IMG/VR virus record: IMGVR_UViG_3300031867_000015
Span: 32,001-96,000 of that record
Length of the DNA: 64,000 bases
Source: a virus
Taxonomy: Duplodnaviria; Caudoviricetes
Reading direction: 5' to 3' (one strand)
Made by a program: the position numbers and the translations under genes. The notes below the pieces were generated by a model, which had not been told where the DNA came from, made no database searches, and worked only from the letters and a program-made list of their open reading frames with translations. Positions 58,188 to 64,000 of the stretch are shown piece by piece (position 1 is the stretch's first letter; each line of letters begins with the position of its first letter).

Positions 58188-58909
58188 TTCAAGGTTTAAG
58201 TCTTTTACGTGGTAAGGATATAAAAATAAATGATGACATTTATATTCGTCAGCCATCGTTAGGTGAAATTGAGGAACATGATGAGTTTAAATATATGTCT
58301 ATGATTTCAAACTTTGTATGCTCCCCATTTGATATGATTGCACAACTTGACAAAGAGGGATATGACTTTACTGAGATAACAGACTTTCAATTGTTCTGTG
58401 CGTTGTGTCAGAACTTAAACAAAGATGATACTAAGATTCTTTTTAGGGATTTAGACTTTTCTTCTTTTAGGGTTTTTATAAATGAAGAAAAGAAGCAAGT
58501 TGAATTAAGAAATAAAAGTATTGTTATCACTGAAAGAACTTATAAACAAATTGCTGACACTATTCGCACTATTCATTCAATCCCCCCACCTCAGTTTAAG
58601 GGTGTGGCAGACGAATATACAAAGCAGAAGATGATTGAATATGCCTATGATGAATTAGAGTTTGCAAAACGAAGTACACCGAAATCAAGTTTAAGGACTA
58701 TGATATCAAGAGCAACCAACCATCCTTATTTTAAATATAAATTAAATGAAGTATGGGACATGAAAGTTTATGCTTTCTATGATGCCATAAAAAGTATTAA
58801 TATAGTTGAAAGCTCAAATCAATTAAGTATGGGTGCATACTCAGGTAATTTAGATTTGAGTAAAATAAACAAGAATAATTTTAATTGGCTCAGAGAAGTC
58901 AAGGATTAA
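58184..58909 (+). CDS. hypothetical tail-module protein
   Basis: co-oriented, ATGA-coupled. Confidence 0.7.
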   Translation: MIQGLSLLRGKDIKINDDIYIRQPSLGEIEEHDEFKYMSMISNFVCSPFDMIAQLDKEGYDFTEITDFQLFCALCQNLNKDDTKILFRDLDFSSFRVFINEEKKQVELRNKSIVITERTYKQIADTIRTIHSIPPPQFKGVADEYTKQKMIEYAYDELEFAKRSTPKSSLRTMISRATNHPYFKYKLNEVWDMKVYAFYDAIKSINIVESSNQLSMGAYSGNLDLSKINKNNFNWLREVKD

Positions 58910-58927
58910 AGAAAGGAAAGTGATTAT

Positions 58928-59758
58928 ATGGCAACAGTTAATAGTGTAATTCCAGATATAATTCAGCGTGTTGTTGGTAGAAATCGTCTTACTGCCGAAG
59001 TTCTTTTCATTACAGGTAAGGTAGCAAATGGCTCTCTTACAACTGATGCACAGGAAGAAGTAAAGACAGATGCAGAAGGTTCAACACTCGCAAGATGGAT
59101 GAACGCTAAGACAGCAGAGTTCACAGGTGATGAAACATTCTGGAATCTTGACCTTTATGCACAGCAACTCAATGGTGAAGGTAAGACAATTGGTACAACT
59201 GGCAACGGTGTTATCGTTCCTATTTCTGACCCTATTAAGACATATGCTGATGGTGATACTCTTACTACATATGTAATGAAGTATAGTGCGGCAAATGTTA
59301 GTTCAACTGCTACACCTGCATATAAGATTTCTGTTTGTACACTTAATAAGGACGGTAGTCCAAATAAGAGATTTAGACAGGGTGATGCAACAAGTTCTGG
59401 TGTATTTACTTATACTGCTGAATCACATACACTGAAATTTGCCGAGGGCGATATCGCAATTGGTGATAAGCTGTTTGTTGAATACGATTTCAACTCTGAG
59501 GACTGTGTGGCTGTTATTGACTCTGCTGATAAGTTCCCCGAAGATATTGAGATTGTTGTAGAGGGTCTGTTTAAGGATGCTTGCGGTAACGCACAGGCAG
59601 GTTATACAGTATTCCCTAAAGCACAGCTTTCAGCTTCTACTACTGCTTCATTTGGTAGAACAGATACGTTCCCATTCTCATTCTCAGCACAGCAGGATTA
59701 CTGTGATGATGAGAAACAACTCTTTAGACAGGTATTCCCAAATCTTCCTACTGTTTAA
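58928..59758 (+). CDS. major tail tube protein
   Basis: T/G/D-rich beta protein, biased codons, position. Confidence 0.65.
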   Translation: MATVNSVIPDIIQRVVGRNRLTAEVLFITGKVANGSLTTDAQEEVKTDAEGSTLARWMNAKTAEFTGDETFWNLDLYAQQLNGEGKTIGTTGNGVIVPISDPIKTYADGDTLTTYVMKYSAANVSSTATPAYKISVCTLNKDGSPNKRFRQGDATSSGVFTYTAESHTLKFAEGDIAIGDKLFVEYDFNSEDCVAVIDSADKFPEDIEIVVEGLFKDACGNAQAGYTVFPKAQLSASTTASFGRTDTFPFSFSAQQDYCDDEKQLFRQVFPNLPTV

Positions 59759-59772
59759 TGGGGTGATTTAAT

Positions 59773-60090
59773 TTGAAGAATAACTGTTGGATTTGTGGCA
59801 AGGAATATGATGCTTGTCTGAACTGTAATAAAACAAATGGTTGGAAAAGATTCACCTGTTCGGAGGAACATTATCAGATTCACCAGATTCTTTCAGAGTA
59901 CAGAGAGGGCATCATAAATCCCAAAGAAGCTACAGAAATGTTTGAGCACCTTGATATCAAAGCTGATACTGAGTTAAATCTGCTTGAAGCTATAACAACA
60001 GATATCAAGGCTATTATAGCAAAAGGCACTCCTAAGAGCGTACCTAAACCAAAAAGCAAGTCAGTCGATAAAGACGTTGACAATGAATAA
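59773..60090 (+). CDS. Zn-binding hypothetical protein
   Basis: CWICG...CLNC...WK..TCSEEH. Confidence 0.7.
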   Translation: MKNNCWICGKEYDACLNCNKTNGWKRFTCSEEHYQIHQILSEYREGIINPKEATEMFEHLDIKADTELNLLEAITTDIKAIIAKGTPKSVPKPKSKSVDKDVDNE

Positions 60091-60095
60091 AAGAA

Positions 60096-60135
60096 GGGGG
60101 CAAGTTAATTACGATTGGCTTGCCCCTATTTTTTT
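60096..60135 (+). terminator. intrinsic terminator
   Basis: GGGGCAAGT/GCTTGCCCC plus T7. Confidence 0.75.
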
Positions 60136-60146
60136 AACAAGGAGGA

Positions 60147-60719
60147 ATGACAAGAGTGATTATACTCTCAACAGACCAGAGTAGTTCTTCAACAGGACTA
60201 AGTGTTTTTGATGATGGAGAACTTGTTTACTATGAACTTATTGAAATGAAAAAAACTACAAGCAAGAAAATAATTGATATGGTTCTTAAAGAAGAAGAAC
60301 ACCTTTATCAAGTAACCATGCCAGAAATTATATATAAGAATATTCTTAATCGTATCTGTATTGTTTCGGATAGAATTGAATATCTTATTGACAAATATAA
60401 ACCCGATGTAATTTATATGGAAGATATATTTTCAAGTCAAAATGTTAAGAGCGAATTTAATCTTGCAAGATTACAAGGATTTGTTTTGCACATCTGTCAT
60501 AAGAAAGTAATCCCCATTAAGATTGTTGCTGAAAATACATGGATAAATCATTGGGGTAAATACGATAAGAAAATAAAAAGACCAGAACGAAAAAAGGATA
60601 TTATGCGTAAAGTAAATGAATGGTATGATTTATCATTGACTGTTAATGATGTAAGTGATGCTATTGCCATTGGACGATACGCTGTATCAATTGAAGAATC
60701 TAAAACTAAAGGAGAATAA
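60147..60719 (+). CDS. RuvC-like Holliday junction resolvase
   Basis: ILSTDQSSSSTG, IYMEDI, LARLQG, DVSDAIAIG. Confidence 0.8.
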   Translation: MTRVIILSTDQSSSSTGLSVFDDGELVYYELIEMKKTTSKKIIDMVLKEEEHLYQVTMPEIIYKNILNRICIVSDRIEYLIDKYKPDVIYMEDIFSSQNVKSEFNLARLQGFVLHICHKKVIPIKIVAENTWINHWGKYDKKIKRPERKKDIMRKVNEWYDLSLTVNDVSDAIAIGRYAVSIEESKTKGE

Positions 60720-60721
60720 TT

Positions 60722-61234
60722 ATGATTAATATTAATAAGCTTACAGACAAATATCCACTTTCTCATTCAAAAGTAAAAATTGGAAAGACAATAGTGCAGA
60801 TAAAAAACTTTCTTTCAGTAGATGAGTTTTCAGAAGCGGTTAATATGGTTATTGATGGCTGTTTCCCTAATGACAAATACGTGCCTGAGTTTAAAGATGT
60901 CGCAACAAGATATATGATATTGACAACGTTTACTGATATTGATTTGGGAGATATGCCTATCGAAGAAGTATTTAAAGTATCTCAGGCAGATTGGTATAAC
61001 ATCATTGAAAATAAGGTTGCAGAATTACCTATATATCATGAAATTATTAATGCAGTAAATGACGGACTGGAATACAAAATTCGCACACAGAAAAATTCAT
61101 TTGATTATCTGTGCGATACTCTTAGTGACTTTGCCTTTAGAATGGGAGACACAAGTGTATTCGAGAAACTTGCAACAAGACTTGAAGGACTTGATGACAA
61201 GAAAGTTGCAGAAGCAATAATTGAAAAGGAGTGA
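60722..61234 (+). CDS. putative tail assembly chaperone
   Basis: position before tape measure. Confidence 0.5.
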   Translation: MININKLTDKYPLSHSKVKIGKTIVQIKNFLSVDEFSEAVNMVIDGCFPNDKYVPEFKDVATRYMILTTFTDIDLGDMPIEEVFKVSQADWYNIIENKVAELPIYHEIINAVNDGLEYKIRTQKNSFDYLCDTLSDFAFRMGDTSVFEKLATRLEGLDDKKVAEAIIEKE

Positions 61235-61240
61235 TAAGTA

Positions 61241-61810
61241 ATGGCTTCTATTGAAGAACAACTCAATATGATTTCATTACAATACGCAAGGGTTGATGAT
61301 GGTAGAACTATTGCAGAGGTTCTTAAAGATGAAGTCAATAGGTTATATCACTGTATTCAAAAATATATAGATGCATGGTATACCAAATATAATCCACAGG
61401 TATATGAGCGTACTTATCGTTTACAAGGTGCGCTCTATGCAGAGGACTTGGCAGATATAAGGGTTGATAAAAAAACTCTTACTTTATCGGTTTGTGTTCA
61501 TGATGATTTAGATTATCATAAAAATCTTAGTGAAGTTTATTGGACTGATATCCATGAATACAACGGATATTGGTTTGAAGATAGAATAATTCCTATCAAA
61601 GACGAACATGAAACATCAACATTGCTTACAATGAACTACGGTTGGTATGCCCCTAAATTGGAATGGCTAATAGGACGTAGAGTAGATGGACTAACTCATT
61701 TTAGTGGGGTTGGGTTTATCGAAGATGGTATTGCAGAATGGAATCAAACGAATAAGTTTGGAATTAAAATTAAATTTGACAAATTACGTTCAAGAAATTT
61801 ATATAGATAA
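61241..61810 (+). CDS. hypothetical tail-module protein
   Basis: Y.P.VYERTY motif; position. Confidence 0.6.
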   Translation: MASIEEQLNMISLQYARVDDGRTIAEVLKDEVNRLYHCIQKYIDAWYTKYNPQVYERTYRLQGALYAEDLADIRVDKKTLTLSVCVHDDLDYHKNLSEVYWTDIHEYNGYWFEDRIIPIKDEHETSTLLTMNYGWYAPKLEWLIGRRVDGLTHFSGVGFIEDGIAEWNQTNKFGIKIKFDKLRSRNLYR

Positions 61811-61824
61811 GGTGGTGAAAAGGT

Positions 61825-64000
61825 TTGAGTAAAAATGCTTTTATAGACTTGATTGCAAGACTTAATAAGAATAAATCTAAGTCACAAATAAAAGAAGATT
61901 TAAAGGTAATATCTGGTGAACTGAATGGCTTAAAAGACAATGGCTTAAATATTCAATGTCATATAGACACAAGTAGTGAAGCTGTAAATAAATTACAAGG
62001 CGAACTGAATACGTTAGCAAGCAAACTCAAACTTAATATAGGAGTTGATGCTAAATCTATTGCTTCTACGGTGGCTTCTAAAACACAGTCAGATAATAGT
62101 GCAACAACTTCAACGGTTAAGATAGATAAAATGTCTGCTCAGTCTCAGGTAGAAGAACTTGGTAAGTTATTGCGTAGCAATTTAAAAGGAGAAGCTGATG
62201 CGGTTCTTAAAGGCTTGCTTGAAGAAACAAAGAACACACTGGGTCAAACTACTGAGATATGGACAACATGGGAAAGGAACGCAGAAGGAGCATTAAAGAG
62301 TTTTAGTATTTCTGCAAAGCAAGCAACTGGTGACTTACAGAAATTTAATTACGCTGTTGAGGAAGGTGGCAAGGTTAGCCTACTTGGTTCTAATGGTTCT
62401 GATAGAGGTATTCTTCAAAAGCAGAAAGAGACATTGAAGTTTATTGATGAATATACTTCAAAGATAAATTCATTGCGCTCATCAAGTAATGGCAATTTTA
62501 CAACAGCATATAATGGAGAAACCGTTGGTTTTAAATCTTTATTAGACGATTTGGAAAAACTTCGTAACGGTGAGGGTAGTGTTGAAGATATTCGTGCTAA
62601 GTTCGTTGCTTTGCAAGGAACAATAGATTCTATAAAAGTAACAGTTAAGGAATCACAGGGCAAAAGTCTTAATCCCTTTACTAATGCTAATATTACAGCC
62701 AAAGAGTTTGATAACACCTTAAAGTCTGTTAAAATAGACCTTGACAATCTTAAAGGTTTTAAGACCAATAATGACAGTGTTCCTACGGTTAAAGAATTAA
62801 ATAAGGAGTATAAAGACTTATCAAAAGCAATCTCTACGCTCAATCAGGTTGAAGAATCTCAACGTGGCAATCAGTGGTATTTAGATTTTGCAAGTGCTTC
62901 TGAAAGAGTAAGACAGCTTCAAAGCGATATTAAACTCTTAAATAAACTTAAAAGAGAAGATACTTCATCTGGAACTAAAAAGCAAACAGAAGAACTTTTA
63001 AAAATCACACACGCTTATCGTGAACTTCAAAAATTAGAAGAACGTAGATTCTCTGGTAAAGCAGGTAATAATGAGATTAATCAAATTAATTCTTTAGAAG
63101 GTGGATATCGCAGAATAATCAATACTGCACAAGACAGACTAAAGAAACAAGAACTGTTAACTTCCGAAGTAAAAAAGACAATTGCAGAAGAAGAAAAGGC
63201 TTTAAATATTGCACGTAATTTAGCAAAGGCTAAATTGCAAGATAAGTCAATTACTCAGGAAAGCGCACGTATTGAAAAAGAGCGTTCTAATATTGTTTCA
63301 ACATTGAACAAGTATAAGAACTCATTAGGCGGTTTTAATAATTCTAATATCATCAAACAGAATGGCACTAATGGTGATGTTATGAAACAGCTTAGTGCGA
63401 ACAAAAATTTGTTACAACAGATAGAGTCAATATCAGCTTTATTGAGTAATGGTAAAAATAGTTCTGCGGCTAATATTGCACAGGCAAAACAGGAACTTGA
63501 TAAACTTATTCCCTCTTTGGAAACAGCCAAAAAGGATAGTGATAATTTAAACCAATCCTTAAAAGATGATAAGATTACTCGTCAGGTAACAAATAAGTTT
63601 AATACCTTAAAGAATCAAATTGAGACATTTGCTTCTGTAAATAAGAAAGCTACAGAATCAACTCTTAAAATGAGCAATGGTCAGACCTTTAAAGATAATT
63701 GGGAAACCATTGTAAGAACTTTATATTCTGGTAATTTACAGGGCAATGCCGCTGAAATTGAGAAACTTGCAATTGCTTTTAGAGATTTAAACGGACAGGC
63801 TCGTTCAGCAGGTTTAACTACAAACCAATTCTTTACAAGCATGGGTAGCCAATTAAAGATGGTTCTCAATAGATATATTTCACTTTATGCAGTAATTGGT
63901 TACATTCGTAAGATGGTTGATAATGTCAAGGCTCTTGATGAAGCAATGATAAACTTGCGGAGAGTTACAGATGAAACAGATAGTGGTTATCTTGCTTTTC
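61825..64000 (+). CDS. tape measure protein (5' part, runs off window; absent from the ORF track)
   Basis: TTG start after AAGGTGG; helical frame ending ...VKALDEAMINLRRVTDETD, typical of tape measure proteins. Confidence 0.85.
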   Translation, partial: MSKNAFIDLIARLNKNKSKSQIKEDLKVISGELNGLKDNGLNIQCHIDTSSEAVNKLQGELNTLASKLKLNIGVDAKSIASTVASKTQSDNSATTSTVKIDKMSAQSQVEELGKLLRSNLKGEADAVLKGLLEETKNTLGQTTEIWTTWERNAEGALKSFSISAKQATGDLQKFNYAVEEGGKVSLLGSNGSDRGILQKQKETLKFIDEYTSKINSLRSSSNGNFTTAYNGETVGFKSLLDDLEKLRNGEGSVEDIRAKFVALQGTIDSIKVTVKESQGKSLNPFTNANITAKEFDNTLKSVKIDLDNLKGFKTNNDSVPTVKELNKEYKDLSKAISTLNQVEESQRGNQWYLDFASASERVRQLQSDIKLLNKLKREDTSSGTKKQTEELLKITHAYRELQKLEERRFSGKAGNNEINQINSLEGGYRRIINTAQDRLKKQELLTSEVKKTIAEEEKALNIARNLAKAKLQDKSITQESARIEKERSNIVSTLNKYKNSLGGFNNSNIIKQNGTNGDVMKQLSANKNLLQQIESISALLSNGKNSSAANIAQAKQELDKLIPSLETAKKDSDNLNQSLKDDKITRQVTNKFNTLKNQIETFASVNKKATESTLKMSNGQTFKDNWETIVRTLYSGNLQGNAAEIEKLAIAFRDLNGQARSAGLTTNQFFTSMGSQLKMVLNRYISLYAVIGYIRKMVDNVKALDEAMINLRRVTDETDSGYLAF

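Noticed and set aside
1-64000. Diversity-generating retroelement, retron, group II intron or intein
   Set aside because: No reverse transcriptase motif or TR/VR pair was seen, and no obvious intein insertion in terminase or RNAP.

Overview
This is 64 kb of a large, AT-rich tailed Firmicutes phage with SPbeta-like gene order. The host is probably a Ruminococcus-type cellulolytic anaerobe, inferred from dockerin genes. The left arm (1-28.4 kb, - strand) carries early/accessory genes: a radical SAM enzyme with two FETNSSSVHS-motif partners, an Rnl2 RNA ligase, 4 tRNAs with structured spacers, an HNH endonuclease, a LexA-boxed orphan MazF, TnpB, a tyrosine recombinase, dockerin proteins, a DUF4942 methyltransferase, a beta-clamp-like protein, DUF262, SprT and a J-domain protein. 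A 3.6 kb non-coding divergence zone (28.4-32 kb) holds tandem promoters, a candidate ~700-nt ncRNA, palindromes and origin-like hairpins/iterons. The right arm (+ strand) encodes a Rep-like protein, a YonO-like RNA polymerase, ClpP, a beta-CASP nuclease, a metallophosphoesterase, HU, 2 tRNAs and the terminase-portal-capsid-tail module, ending in a truncated tape measure gene. Top observation: the catalytically intact TnpB is coupled to the recombinase 3' end, and the DNA just past its omega-RNA end (the predicted guide) is a diverged second copy of the recombinase C-terminal coding sequence. The resident gene differs at 4 of the first 11 guide positions, which suggests an RNA-guided homing/gene-drive cassette aimed at TnpB-free relatives. 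All family assignments are from motif recognition by eye; no database searches were run.
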